Notes: generated from the sequence alone by a model not told the origin. DNA of 64,000 bases from Octopus sinensis (GCF_006345805.1 NC_042999.1:158038001-158102000); one strand, 5' to 3'. Shown: positions 23,981 to 38,405, counted from the first letter of the stretch. Numbers and translations are program-made.

Positions 23981-25795
23981 AAGTGGCTGAAAAAACATGG
24001 GAGATAGCAGTCACAAGTAATAAGTCCACTCTGGTTGGCGTTGGATACGGGCGCTATGGATTACCCCTGACGGTGAGAGGGACCCTCGTGTCCCACTGGT
24101 GAGTTACCGCACACCTCAAGCTGGGCAGCCCCCGGTTAATAAGATGCTGATCCACCACAGGCCGTCTGCTTCATTGGGTGCTTGGAGCTAAGAGTTTGAC
24201 TTGAAAAGCGGTCTGCAGCTTCTGCACCAGGCAAAAGATCAAAAGACAAGAAGCCACCAGCTCTGAGATTAACAAGCTGGAACGTTAGGACCAGGTGATA
24301 TCTGATGACTTACTCAGGGTTGAAGACACAAGAAAGACGGTCATCATCGACATTGCTAGACTGCAGGAGACAAAGCTCCCATCAAACGGCAAACTCAAAG
24401 AACGGGACTTTATCTTCTTTTGCCAGAGAAGAGATCCAGAGGAACCTCGTCAGCATGGTGTTGGCTTTGCAGTGAGAAACTCATTGCTCTCCTCAATAGA
24501 ACCACCATCAGGAGGTACTGAGATCTCTCTGCTCTTCTTAAGCTCTTCTGGCCCAGTACATCTACTGAGCATCTATGCTCCCACGCTCTACAGATCAGAA
24601 GAGAGCAAGGACCAGTTCTACAAAGATCTGAACAGTGTCATTAGAAACATACCAACCAACGAAAACATCTACCTTCTAGGAGATTTTAACGCTCGCATGG
24701 GATCTGATCATGACTCGTGGCATTAGCAATATGAATTACAATGGTCAGAGACTGCTTGAATTTTGCATATACCATAACCTGTTCATCATCAACACATTCT
24801 TTGCCAACAAGCAATCCCATAAGGCATTTTGGAGACATCCAAGATCTCATCACTGGCATCAGATGGATCTCGACATCACATGAAGATCCTTTCTGTCCAA
24901 CTGACCCGTAGTTACCACAGTGCGGAGTGTGACACAGATCATTCACTAATAATCTGCAGGATGAGGATTTTGTCTAAAAAAAGTCCATCACTCCAAGAAA
25001 ATGGGCCGGCCACGCATTAACACTGCTACAACATCGGACCTTACGCTAATGAAACGTTTTGCTGTTTCTATCAAGGCTGCCCTCAGTAGCTGTCCATCTT
25101 CTGCTGAAAGTGGGTGGAATTATATCCGGAAAGCTCTGTATACCACATCAATAGATACTTTCGGTTCAATGCTGGGCTCTCAGAGTTGGAACCAGCTATC
25201 GAAGCAAAGCGCGTAGCTCTGATGCAATACAAGAGTGATACTTCTACAAAGACATTCGAAGAACTCAGAAAGGCAAGAAGTAAAACCTAACTGACTGCCA
25301 GATGCTGTACAAATAGGTATTGGCGGGAAATCTGTCAGAGTATCCAGTCAGCTACTGACAGTGGCGACACCCGTGGGATGTTTGCCGGTTTGAAGAAGGC
25401 CCTCGTTCCATCCGCAACCAAGTCAACCCCTCTGAAATCAACTACTGGAAATCTCATCAAAAACCAAAGCAAGCAAATAGATAGACGGGTGGGGAACTAT
25501 CGGGATCTCTACTCACGGGAGACTACGGTCGCTGAAGCTGCAATCGAGGGTGTCATGTGCGAACTTGACAGACTGCCGTCCATAGCAGAGCTCACCAAGT
25601 CTATTGTCTCCCTAGCTGGTGGCTAGACTCAAGGAAAAGACGGCAACCCTCTGAGATCACGAAAGCCAGCAAAAACACCGCCCTGCTTCAGTACCTTCAT
25701 GAGCTTCTGTGTCAGTGCTGGAAAGAGCGTACAGTCTCTCAGGATATGCGACATGTTAACATCATTACGTTTTACAAAAACAAAGGTGATCGTAT
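23981..25795 (+). mobile_element. Decayed RTE-clade LINE (5'UTR, AP endonuclease, start of RT)
   Basis: Motifs SWNVRT, LQETKL, QHGVGFAVRN, IYAPTL, YLLGDFNARMG, NGQRLLEFC, INTFF, WRHPRS and, near the 3' end, ELLCQCWKE and NKGDR. Multiple stops and frameshifts. Confidence 0.88.
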
Positions 25796-25863
25796 AGAAT
25801 GCGCATCAGAATTATTAAGATAAAACTTACTTGGAAGTAAAGTATATGTACATACATCTATAC

Positions 25864-25897
<34 letters not shown>

Positions 25898-25901
<4 letters not shown>

Positions 25902-26470
25902 GAAGGTTTGAAAATGCAATTTTAAAGATGTTTATTCACTTGACCGGTTTCAGTCTTTTTAGAAAAAGATTGTCGAAAGTAAAATGTAAAGCTTTGCATA
26001 AACTTTGTTGTGTTAAGTACTGGTTGTCACAAAAATGGGACGTTGGCTGAGGTGGGGGGAAGGATCCTTTTAATTCCACATTGCTCTTCCTTCCCCCACC
26101 CCAATCAACCTCCCACACTGTTCCTTAAAATAGCAAACAATCCTTAGCTACACACAAAATAAAAAATGCTAAGACAGGTTGGTTCCTATCAAATTCTTTC
26201 CAAACTCTTAGATATATCTCGATTTTTATTGAACTCCTAATACTTTTTGTTGAATATTTTCTTAAATACTTTCTTGTAAATTGTTTTTAACATTTTCTTA
26301 TTATCATCAAAGAATGTATATATGTATTTTAATACTTTTGTGACAACCAATACTTAACACAACAAAGTTTATACAAAGCTATACACTTTACTTTTGACCA
26401 TCTTTTTCTAAAAAACTGAAACTGGTCAAGTGAATAAACATCTTTAAAATTGCATTTTTAAACTTTCTTT
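25898..26470. repeat. (TA)n-flanked fold-back element with ~135-bp arms, each carrying a degenerate hammerhead
   Basis: Arms at 25898-26034 and 26336-26470. Motifs actt-TCGACAA...GAAAC-CG-GTC-aagt (25938-25980, -) and actt-TTGACCA...GAAAC-TG-GTC-aagt (26390-26431, +). Confidence 0.75.
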
Positions 26471-26517
26471 TATATATATTTCCGCACGTGCAGTACCTTA
26501 CAACTTCACTTTGTTTA

Positions 26518-26695
26518 GGCGCAGTAGTGGCTGTGTGGTAAGTAGCTTACTTACCAACCACATGGTTCCGGGTTCAGTCCCACTGCATGGCATTTTGGGC
26601 AAGTGTCTACTACTATAGCTCCGGGCCGACTAAAGCCTTGTGAGTGGATTTGGTAGACGGAAACTGAAAGAAGCCCGTCGTATATATGTATGTAT

Positions 26696-26748
<53 letters not shown>

Positions 26749-26990
26749 ATATATATGTTGTGTGGTGTATGTTTGAGTGTCTGTGTTTGTCCCTTCAGCA
26801 TCACTTGACAATCGATTGTGGTGTGTTTGCGTCCTCGTACTTAGCGGTACGGCAAAAGAGACCGAAAGAATAAGTACTAGGCATCCCAACAATAAGTCCT
26901 GGGGGTCGATTTGCTCGACTAAAAGGCGGTGCTCCAGCATGGCCACAGTCAAATTACTGAAACAAGTAAAAGAGTAACAGAGTAAAAGAG
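26518..26990 (+). mobile_element. SINE family A (GGCGCAGGAGTGGCTGTGTGG head, internal (TA)n/(TG)n tract, AAAAGAGT tail), full length
   Basis: Head with GGTTCAGTCCC B-box variant, body and tail match more than 15 copies or fragments across the window. Confidence 0.9.
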
Positions 26991-27101
26991 TGTATATATA
27001 TATAATATATATATTAAAAGAGTAAAGAGTATATATATATGATTTCTTTTGAATGAAACAGTTCTAGTCCTGTAGAATCCTTCTATAAAATAATATATAT
27101 A

Positions 27102-27139
<38 letters not shown>

Positions 27140-27530
27140 TGTGGGCGAACGTGTACAACAAAAAGTACGAAACACGAGGTACACTGGAACATAAAAATTT
27201 ATCGAGTAGTCAGCGTGAAAGACCAGTTAAGGGGAAAATTTATGCAAAACATATAATTAATTTATTCCTTTTTAAATACATTTATTATATTAAGGACATT
27301 ACTACACGTAAATATGATTAGATTCGTAGAACTTCATTCTATAACTTAATCATAGACTTAATTTACCGATGCAACTTTTCATATCGACGCCAATTTACAC
27401 CAGTAATTTCTCAGCAAAGTATGAAGAGTCAACGTTAGAAATCCTTTTGGAAACCACTCCATTTAAATCCACATTCAACCTCATTTATGTACATGTGTGT
27501 ATGCACACACACACGTGTTACATGCTAACC

Positions 27531-27585
<55 letters not shown>

Positions 27586-28220
27586 CTATGCGTGCGTGCT
27601 TCTGTATCTCCGTTCCTCTTCCTCCCATCACCGCTTGAGAACCGGTGCTGGTGCGTTTACATTTCCAAAACCTAGCAGTTCGGCAACGAGTTCGATAGAA
27701 TTACTACTAAGCTTAAGAAATAAATCCTAAGGTCAAATTGTTCCACTAAAACCATTCAACACTGTGCTCCAGCATGGCAGTAGTCAAATGACTGAAACAA
27801 GCAAAAGATAAAAGAATATACATACATGTATGTGTATTATATATGTGTATGTATGTTATATGTGTGTGTGTGCGCGCCTGTGTATGCATGTGTGTGTCTT
27901 TGTGTCCTCTCACCACTTGACAACCAGAGTTGCCTTGTTTACATCCCCGTAACTTAGCGGTTCGATAGAATAAGTATCAGGCTTTAAAAATATGTACTGG
28001 GGTTGATTTATTCGACTAAAAGTTTTTAAGGCGGTGTGCTAGCATGGCCGCAGTCCAATGACTGAAATAGATAAAAGATGTGTGTAAGAAGCTTACTTCC
28101 CAACCGGGCTTCGTGTTCAGTCCCACTGCGTGGCACCTTCGGCAAGTGTTTTCTACTATAGCGCCGGGCCGACCAAAGCCTTGTGATTTGGTACGCGGAA
28201 ACTGAAAGAAGCTTGTCGTT

Positions 28221-28271
<51 letters not shown>

Positions 28272-28280
28272 TGTGTCTGT

Positions 28281-28311
<31 letters not shown>

Positions 28312-29380
28312 CATGTGTGTTTGTCCCCTCGCCAATACTTGACAACCGATGCTGGTGTGTTTACGTCCCAGTAAACTAGCGATTTGGCAAAAGTGACAGA
28401 AAAAGTACTTGTCTTAAAAGGATAAGTCCTGAGGTCGATTTGTTCGACTAAAACACTTTAAGGTGGTACTCCAGCATCGCCGCAGTCAGACGACTGAAAC
28501 AAGTAAAAGAATAAAAGAAAGAATACGCACGCACGCACACACACACACACACCACACATTCGAGGAAAAACATAAACGGTTCAATTGTCGCGCGTCTAAC
28601 GCACTCGATCATTTATGAATATCGCAGGTGAACGACAAAAGATGACATTTATCTTTCTTAATAGTATTGGACAAGGTCATTTGAAGACGGGGGTGTAATA
28701 CATTCATACATACATACATACATACATACATACATCCATACATACATACATACATACATACATACATACATACATACATACATACATACATGCATAGACT
28801 TTGTAAGTGCGTGCGCGTGAATATACATGTTAACAATCTCTGTTTGGGATGGGCTAAGGATAACTTACATTCTGTAAATCCTTAATATTGTCTGAGACCC
28901 CTGTAGTGAATATCAATTAGGCAGCCAACAGCTGAACTCATTTGACTCCACCGGTTAGTTCCACCCTAAAGATTTGAAACAATACATTTGATCCGTCTTT
29001 CACTGTGCCTTAGGTCTGACTCTTCACATCACCGACTACAAAAACACAAAATAACGCACTTAACTTCACGAAAGCCTGTACCCAGACTCGCCACCTACGC
29101 GTTGAAACAAATATAACCTAAACATAGATTCTTAAACGTGTAGATATAAGAATTCGATAGACATAATCTGGAGCAGGGGTTCTCAATCATTTTTCATCTA
29201 TTGACCTCTTTGATTACTATTTTATTCTGGCTGACCCATATTGCCATTCGATGCTTGAATACAAATTTTAAAGAAACTTCTTTCAAAATTCCTATTTTGT
29301 TATTCACGCATTAACTCCTGTAGGTTGAACTATGTAAAATGTTAGAGAAAGAAACCCAGCAGTTTCTTACAAACATATAG

Positions 29381-29544
29381 GCGCAGGAGTGGCTGTGTGG
29401 TAAATAGCTTGCTTACGAACCACTTAGTTCCGGGTTCAGTCCCACTGCGTGGCACCTTGGGTAAGTGTCTTCTACTATAGCTTCGGGCCGACCAAAGCCT
29501 TGTGAGTGGATTTGGTAGACGGAAACTGAAAGAAGCCCGTTTTA

Positions 29545-29589
<45 letters not shown>

Positions 29590-29725
29590 TTGTGTGTCTG
29601 TGTTTGTCACCCCAACATCGCTTGACAACCGTTGCTGGGGTGTTTACGTCCCCGTAACTTAGCGGTTCGGCAAAAGAGACCGATAGAATAAGTACTAAGC
29701 TTACAAAGAATAAGTCCTGGGGTCG
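29381..29725 (+). mobile_element. SINE family A, 3'-truncated
   Basis: Head and body identical in layout to the 26518 copy. Confidence 0.85.
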
Positions 29726-29841
29726 ATTTTCTCTCAGAAAAATGTACTAGTCCCTTGCTCACAAAAGCTCAGGCCTTGTGCCTATAATAGAAAAGATGAT
29801 GAAAATAATAATATTAATAATAATAATAATAACAGTTGTTG

Positions 29842-29898
<57 letters not shown>

Positions 29899-29899
<1 letters not shown>

Positions 29900-30130
29900 G
29901 GCGGCGAGCTGGCAGAAACGTTAGCATGCCGGACGAAATGCGCAGCCGTATTTCGTCTGCCGCTACGTTCTGGGTTCAAATTCCGCCGAGGTCGACTTTG
30001 CCTTTCATCTTTTCGGGGTCGATTAAATAAATACCAGTTACGCACTGGGGTCGATATAATCGACTTAATCCGTTTGTCTGTCCTTGTTTGTCCTTTCTGT
30101 GATTAGTCCCTTGTGGGTAGTAAAGAAATA
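29899..30130 (+). mobile_element. SINE family B, following a (TTA)n tract
   Basis: Near-identical to 10402-10634. Confidence 0.85.
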
Positions 30131-30339
30131 GGTATTTCTCCCGTCGCTACGTTCTGGGTTCAAATTCCGCCGAGATCGGCTTTGTCTTTTTCACCCTTTG
30201 GAGGTCGATAAATTATGTTCCATTGAAACACTGGGATCGATGTAATCGTCTAATCCCCTCCCCCAAATTTCAGGCCTTGTGCCATAGCAGAAAGGAGTAT
30301 TATTATTATTTTTATTCCGTTTCATTTTGCAGCTTTAGC

Positions 30340-32284
30340 AAATACTACTGGTCTACGGCTCGTACACTGCGCCGGTCACTGCATCAACCAAACTCTCTTA
30401 GACCTAATGTAATCTCTGACTAGGTACGACGTGTGCTTCGGGTCGATGTTAAGCTGGAAAGTTCTAGATCGGCCCAAATGCTTTCGGGCGTATGGAAGTA
30501 TAGTCTTATCCAATATTTCTAGATAGGACTTACTATCCATAATGTCATTGATTCGGATTATAGGACCGACGCCTTTTCCAAACATGCACCACCCACATCA
30601 TCATACTTCCACCACCGTACTTAATTGTACGTCGGATGATATTCTTCGTCTAGACGCCTTCTTACATACCTCTTGCTATCACTGTCGAACAAGTTGAACT
30701 TTGACTCGTCCAACCACAACACATTCGACCAATCTGTTGGACTCGAATTCATATGCTCTTTTGTGGACTGTATCTGGGCACGTCGATTTTTTAAAGAAAT
30801 GTGTGGCTTTTTTGCGTGAGACTCTTCCTACAAGTTCAAGTTCTTTGAGGCGAATTTTTTATGGTGGACACTCCAATGGTAAGTCTCTTCGGTTTTGCTC
30901 ACAGAAGTTATTTCGTGTTAAAGTTGTCGTATTTGTTGCATTACACGCTTCCGGTTTCTTGTTTTTGCTTTTCGATCGTCACTTTGCACATTATCCTGCG
31001 TTCATTTTGTGATTATTTTCACCAATCTGTTCTATTTCATTTTGACAAAATTTCGTATTTTAGAAGTTATTTCGTTTCAAAGTTGTATTTGGGTAATTTT
31101 AACCAATCAACGACGTGTATTCAGTTAAAGAAAGCTACTGCTGTTTGCGATAGTAATCAAAAAGCAACAACTTCCGGGTCGTCTCTACTAAATGTCACCA
31201 TTCTGTTCTATCATATTTTTGTTTACTGCCTGTGTTGCATACTAGACGTTTTGTTTGCTTTTCGATTGCTTCTTTGTACATTTGCATTTTCAACACTCGC
31301 ACAAAGAGGCGATCGAAAAGCAAAAAAAAAAAACAAACAAACAAAAAAAAAAAAAAACAAAGCGTGTAATATGCAACACAGGCAGTAAACAAAAATATGA
31401 TAGAACAGAGTGGTGACATTTAGTACAGACGACCCGGAAGTTGTTGCTTTTCGATTATTATTGCAAACAGCATTGGCTTTCTTGAACTGAATACACGTCG
31501 TTGATTGGTTAAAATTACCCAAATGCAACTTTAAAACGAACTTCTTAAATACGAAATTTTGTAAAAAATGCTGACAGTAAACCGTGTTCAGCGTGAGAAA
31601 TTACACGAGTTTACGAAGTTTTAAACAGTTTAGTTAAAAGAAAAATAATAATTATAATAAATCTGTGAGCGAAACTAAAGAGATCTTGGTAAGTTCATAT
31701 TTTTGCCTAATTTCTTTTAACACGTCAATAGCGGTCATTTTTGTTTTTTTTTTTTTAAGGACAGTCTATGAATGTATTTATCTATTCTAACCGTTGTTTT
31801 TCTTGCTTGCCCATTAGTTTCTTTATAAAAACGGACAGCATTGTGGACGGCTGTTTTAGAGCATCCAGCTTCGTTTGAAATAGGTTTATATGACCATTTC
31901 AGCCTACTAAGCTGAACGATCATCGCTCTGGTATCTGGTGTTAAGTTTTGTCTCTTACCAATCCCAACTATTAAGTAACTTAAAAATTGTAATAGCATAC
32001 AAATTACCTTATTTTTATAATAGTCAATAAGGCAAAAAAATATATATGAAATTTTGCAAATTGTTCCTAAATTAAGTGTCCACGTAAATTACGCAAAATA
32101 AGGTTTATTTTTAATTTAAAATTAATGTGTTGACTTTACGCTGTAAAGTTGCATACTATTTTAAAGCACGTGAAATTATCTTTATTTTTATATACATTTT
32201 AATTCACAATTTACAACTTGAATATATAAAAAATGCCATTTTAACATTAGTGTACTAGCGTTCTTAAATTAAATGACGCCACTG
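30340..32284 (-). mobile_element. Decayed Tc1 transposon interrupted by an 802-bp insertion
   Basis: 5' TIR TA-CAGTGGCGTC ends at 32284. N-terminal GKRQNLTP...GCSKTAVHNA; catalytic region GRVSRKKPHISLKN...VLWLDESKFNLFDSD...GVGPIIRI...DPKHTS. Confidence 0.88.
30885..31686. mobile_element. Fold-back DNA element inserted in Tc1, with 8-bp TSD
   Basis: TSD TGGTAAGT at 30877-30884 and 31687-31694. ~22-bp terminal IR (ctcttcggttttgctcacaga / tctgtgagcgaaactaaagag) plus internal ~220-bp inverted arms. Confidence 0.75.
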
Positions 32285-32916
32285 TACATACATACATACA
32301 TACATACATACATACATACATACATACATACATACATACATACATACATACATACATACATACATACATACATACATACATGTATGTATGTGTGTGTGTC
32401 TGGCTGTCTGTCTTTATGCATGTCTGTCTGTCTATCGATATGTGTGTGTGTAAATGCATGATAACCGGTGGTTTCTGCAAGTGTTTCGGGGAAGAAATGG
32501 CCAGTGAAATCAGTAGCAGTCCTAAAACTGCGGATCCCCTAAAGAATTGTCACCCCCAGACTTTGGTTGTGTGACGATTCTTCAGTTGCAATATTCTAAG
32601 TTGATTAATCTTCTGGTAGCAACGCATAGAATAATTAGCTTTTAGGTGAAGGCAGAATGTAGTCAGAACATTGGCAAATTTCTTTTATCTTTTATTCATT
32701 TTAGTCATTGGGTCACGGCCATACTGGGGCATCGCCTTCTAGTGTTTAGTCGAACAAATCTCCCCCAGTACATATTTGTTTTAAGTATGGCACTCATTCT
32801 ATCAGTATGTTTTTGTCGAATCGCTAAGTTATTAGACGTAAGCAAACCAATTTCAAGCAGTGGTGGGGGAACAAACAAAACACAAATACGAAGACACATA
32901 TACATACACATATACA

Positions 32917-32993
<77 letters not shown>

Positions 32994-33490
32994 TATAAAA
33001 ACAATATTTATGTATATACATACGCACACACGACGGACTTCTCTCTGTTTTCGTCTATCGAATACACTCACATGGCTTTGATGCTAGGCAGTGGAACTGA
33101 ACCTAAGACCTCATGATTAGGGAGTAGGCTTCTTATCCACAGAGTCATGCCAGCGCCATTTCCTCAACACATCACTCCAACAGTATATAATTCGTCTTCC
33201 CTTTATTTGCCACCTTCTTTGACTGCCTTCGCCCACCTCCTCATTCCATCCTATAAAATTCTCAGACCCCAGTCCTTCTATTCATTGTCACGGCTTATCA
33301 GTTATACTACCAGTCACTCGGACCAGTCCGAGGAGTCGAACTATGTGTGTCGGAACAATTGAACAGGATTAACGTTACATTGTTGTCATTTTTAGCATAT
33401 TCTTTTATTTTTTGATAACGACATTTTTCTAAGATATACAGAACCATATATACTTATAAGCTGTCAAAAGAATGGGAAAGATAATATTAA

Positions 33491-33521
<31 letters not shown>

Positions 33522-34555
33522 CAAAAATATAACGAAAAAATAGACATTGTTTAAATGCTACCACAGACTTCTAAATCTTGTAAATATAGTTTAGTTTTGG
33601 CATTGATATCATTGAAGAGCAGCCAATGATACTGAAAATGATATTTTCCCTTGAGTTTTTACAAAAAATATTTTCTATCACAAAGTGACAACTTTGGAGT
33701 CTCCTGCTCTTGAATAGCGAAGGTGAATTCTTTTAGATGCAATTTAAAGGAAATACTCCAGGCGCAAAAAAACAAAACAAAGAAAAAAGCCCTTACTCTC
33801 CATTTCAACGTTGCTGTCATCTCAATTGCTTACTGTTGCCATAAACACTATTTCTAGTTTCTGTTCAATTTAGTCGAAGCAGCTTCAGGTCGTGTAGGGT
33901 ATATGAATTTTTAAAATGTATTTTGAAAGGTACTTCAACATTTATGATATTATTTTAGCTTTTGCATATATGCATGATTTTAACATTTGAGTTCACACGT
34001 GGTTAATGCCCAGTGCCTGGGTGATATACAACAATACCGAAAAGATATCAGAACTAACTATACGACTCTCTTCGTTTCCCTTTTGTTTAATATAAGCCAT
34101 ATTAGTGTCGCAAAGAACGTCGAAGTTTACACTGGTATTTTATTCTCTGATGTCCACGAGACAAAGATTTTGTGTAATGATTCAGGTAACTTGCATTTCA
34201 GTGGTAACATTGACAATGTTTTTGTTACTAGGAAAAACAAAAGAAGTAAAAGTAAAACTAATATTCAACTGATATTAATATTGTTCCCAACGGCTACTCG
34301 TGGCATATACACTTGTGATTCTGGTAAGACTGACTTAAGCCTAAGTAAGATCAGAGCCAAATGTCTTCATACACCCAAGTTTTTACGTCATTCGGCCGTG
34401 TTTTGTCGTCTCGTTTCATTGGGAGTTGCATAGTTCATAACAAACCTGCCTTCTCATTTATTTGCTAATCAGCCATTATTTCATTTTATGACTGTTGTCT
34501 TGGAGAGACATATAAAAGTAATCTGTCTGAATGGTGTTTAGAAACATTGTCTGTT

Positions 34556-34934
34556 AGGAGTGGTTGTGTAGTAAGTAGCTTGCTTACCAACCACAAGGTT
34601 CCGGGTTCATTCCCACTGCGTGGCACCTTGGGCAAGTGTCTTCTACTATAACTTCGAGCCGACCAAAGCCTTGTGAGTGGATTTGGTAGACGGAAACTAA
34701 AAGAAGCCCGTCGTATATATGTATGTGTCTGTGTTTGTTCCCCCCCCCAACAACAACGATTGACAACCGATGATGGTGCGTTTACGTTCCCGTAGCTTAG
34801 CGGCTTGGCAAAAGAGACCGATAGAATAAGTACTAGGCTTGCAAAGAATAAATCTTGGGGTCGATTTGCTCGACTAAAGGCGGTGCTCCAGCATGGCCGC
34901 AGTCAAATGACTGAAACAAGTAAAAGAGTAAAAG
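34556..34934 (+). mobile_element. SINE family A, near full length
   Basis: Head, body and tail match the family. Confidence 0.88.
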
Positions 34935-35281
34935 TGATAGTTTTGTTTTTATTTTCCTCCCGTATACGTAACAATACATGTAACTGTTTTAATATTGGAA
35001 TTTATTGTTCTTCTAGAATAGAATAGCAAGAATTTTTTGTTGAACGTAAGCATCAAGCAGCACATTTAATCAGAGAAGAGATTGGCTAAACAGCGACTGA
35101 AACATGTTTAGTTTTTTTACGGACAAGGCCGTCTAGTTAATATGTTAAATTGATTGCAGTCTGTGAGATTCCAGGTTTCATTCTTTTGTGTAATGTCTAA
35201 AACAGCTTTGGTACAAGAAAATTGTGTATTTGAATGCAACCATTATTTTCTAAATAACTGGAAGAAAGCGTAATAATGTAA

Positions 35282-35673
35282 TCTTTATATATAAAAGAAA
35301 GGTTGTGTGTCTGTCTACTCCGATTTAGATTCCTAACTACTCCCACATTTTGCGGTGCAGTTTAACCAAAACCGGGTATCTTATAGTCGTGATTCATATC
35401 GAGCCCTTCTGGGTATTAGCGCGCGTCTAGGATGAGTCTACGATTTTAAAAATAATTTACCATCATTTTTTTCCATTTTAATGCATATTTTTTAAATATA
35501 AGGGAAGTAACTCTCTAAAAATGTCTACGATGAGTCAACGATTTAAAAAAAAATTTACCATAATTTTTTTTCATTTTTAATGCATTATTTGCTATTTTTT
35601 GGCTATAACTCTCTAAAAATGCTTTATAGTTATTTCCCTTACAAACCCGAGCAACGCCGGGCGATACTGCTAG
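35282..35673 (+). mobile_element. Non-autonomous Helitron, short variant
   Basis: A|TC start, CCCGAGCAACGCCGGG hairpin, CTAG|T end; highly similar to 21139-21536. Confidence 0.85.
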
Positions 35674-36155
35674 TGCTATATATTTCTATTGAGACTTTCT
35701 GGGTAGTAGATTTATCTAGTGAAGAACTTCATCATGCTTCAACCTTTTCTCTTCATACACTCTACGTCTCCATCTGGAACTTCAACTTCGTAAAAGCATA
35801 CACGCACACACACAGAAATTTGTCACAAGTTCAAATATGTTTGAGACATATTTGAACCCATAAGAAGGCCATTTTCTCTATTTTCTAATGGAGAAACGTC
35901 CTCGCTATAGACAGATAGGTATAAACACACCGAGTCAGTCCACAATGCACTCTATCCAATCTGGTTGATTCATGCACTTCGGCGTGGTTATCTTCTCTTC
36001 AGCTCCAGAAATCAGAAAGGCAGACGCCACGCACTGAGTTAGAGTTAGGACACTTATATTCCGTCAACATACTATGACTGGCTGCGTTAGCCGCCGCTCA
36101 CTGTAAATGAAATACAAAATGAAAGGCTAAGCAGTGATGTGTACACGCACACACA

Positions 36156-36199
<44 letters not shown>

Positions 36200-36420
36200 T
36201 TATTCTTTTACTTGTTTCTGTCATGTGACTGCGGCCATGCTGGAGCACCACCATTAGTCGAAGAAATCGACCCCAGGACTTATTCTTTGTAAGCCTAGTC
36301 TATCGGGCTCTTTTGTCGAACCGCTAAATTTAGGGGACGCAATCATACCATTATCGGTTGTTGCGATGACAGAGGTACAAACACTGACATACGCACACAT
36401 GAACATAGACAAACATATGC

Positions 36421-36490
<70 letters not shown>

Positions 36491-36686
36491 GTATATGTGT
36501 GTGTGTGTAATTCCAAGAAAGTTAGAGGTTGTGAATTCAACCAACTGAGGGATAATATCTATCCATATACTCCTGGTAGAATACCCAATTATTAATACAC
36601 AAGTGTTTTTTATTGCATTGCAATTGCATTACCTAGCGTACTAAATGGGTGAAGTTAAAGAGATATTTTACCATTAATTTATAGAG

Positions 36687-36962
36687 CATTATATTATGCC
36701 AACTTATATATTTAGTAAAATAACAATTATAAAAATATACATGCATGTATAACATATGTTTTACATATAAAATATATTAATATATAAAGATACCAGTAAT
36801 TATTAAAATATAGCTTACAGGAATATTCTTGTATGTTATATTTTAATAATTACTGGTATATTTATATATTAATATATTTTATATGTAAAGCATATGTTAT
36901 ACATGAATGTATATTCTTGTAATTGTCATTTTGGTAAATATATAACTTGACATAATATAATG
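36687..36962. repeat. 276-bp imperfect palindrome centred on GAATATTC (36821-36828)
   Basis: The arms pair right up to the centre with essentially no spacer. Confidence 0.85.
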
Positions 36963-36991
36963 TCTAAACGTTACTGAACCATTTTCTTATT

Positions 36992-37124
<133 letters not shown>

Positions 37125-37235
37125 CCGAAATTGCTACGATGATCCGGCTCTTGACTGAAGATTGAAGGCTTCGAATGTCCCGTCCGTGTATCGTCTACTA
37201 AATGTTTTACGTTCTTGTCCCAGTTTATATTTTTC

Positions 37236-37309
<74 letters not shown>

Positions 37310-37427
37310 GCCTGGTCACTTAGCCAGCGGGGTGGTGTCATTTGAAGGCTAAAACAATGCAAAGCGCATTGTGACCAGCGATGTGTAGCAACATCTGATA
37401 GCCTAGTCAGTCACGGTGATCACAGTG

Positions 37428-37459
<32 letters not shown>

Positions 37460-37735
37460 GTAATATAATAAGAGTAAATAATATCTTTCATAGTTTTTTA
37501 AAAAAAACAACAATTATTTACTGGTAGATTTCGGCATGTAAATATAACCATTAACGGTAGGAACTTCTATAAAAGTTCAATATATATTTTGTATATAAAT
37601 AAAAGGGGCAGGCAACAGGTTGCTTAGCCGCATACCGAAAAATTTAGAAATAGCAGTCAGAGACTGTTTATTTCTATTTTCTATTTGTAGAAAATAGAAA
37701 TAAACAGTCTCTCACTGCTATTTCTATTTTTTTTC

Positions 37736-37799
<64 letters not shown>

Positions 37800-38405
37800 A
37801 TACAACAAGCTTACGATCGTGAGGTTGTGAGTTCGAATCCGGACTTGTGCCTGGGGGGGGGGGGTTAACTTCTAGGTTCAATCCTATGGTCAGTTATGAC
37901 CGAAGGGTGTCTCAGCATATATACAACTTTACATAAACCTACACATGTTTCAACTGTACCGATTAGTAACCGTTGCAATTGCAACCTTACTATAATATCG
38001 GTGCAGTTTCTTTCGGGGTTTCATATTTGGTGTTAATCCCAATACATTCTTTCTCACTCTCCGCTTTTTCCTCTCCTTAATCTTTTCTCACGAAATGCGT
38101 AGGCTCGAAATGTCGAAGTGTCCACCTAATGCACCTGCTTGGTGTTGTTTCACCTGTCTTCGTCTTTTATTTCCTGTAAATTTGAACTGTATGTATGTAT
38201 GTATGTATCTATACTCGAAGATCTCTCGAGATATAGTAACATGTGGTAACCGAATAAATGCATAGCAGCTCTTAAACGCGCTCTACGAAGTTTTTACCCC
38301 AAACACACACAAGTGTGTGTGTTCCCTTCTTTCCTGAGCGTCCAATAATACTTTATTTGTTCCACGTCCTTGCGTTGTTGTCTTTTTGTTTTCTTGTTTG
38401 GATTA

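Noticed and set aside
23661-24300. SINE-RTE chimera
   Set aside because: The two are separated by a 100-N gap of unknown true length, so adjacency cannot be interpreted.
23981-25795. Potentially active RTE LINE
   Set aside because: It has many stops and frameshifts, and the RT is truncated at ~25795.
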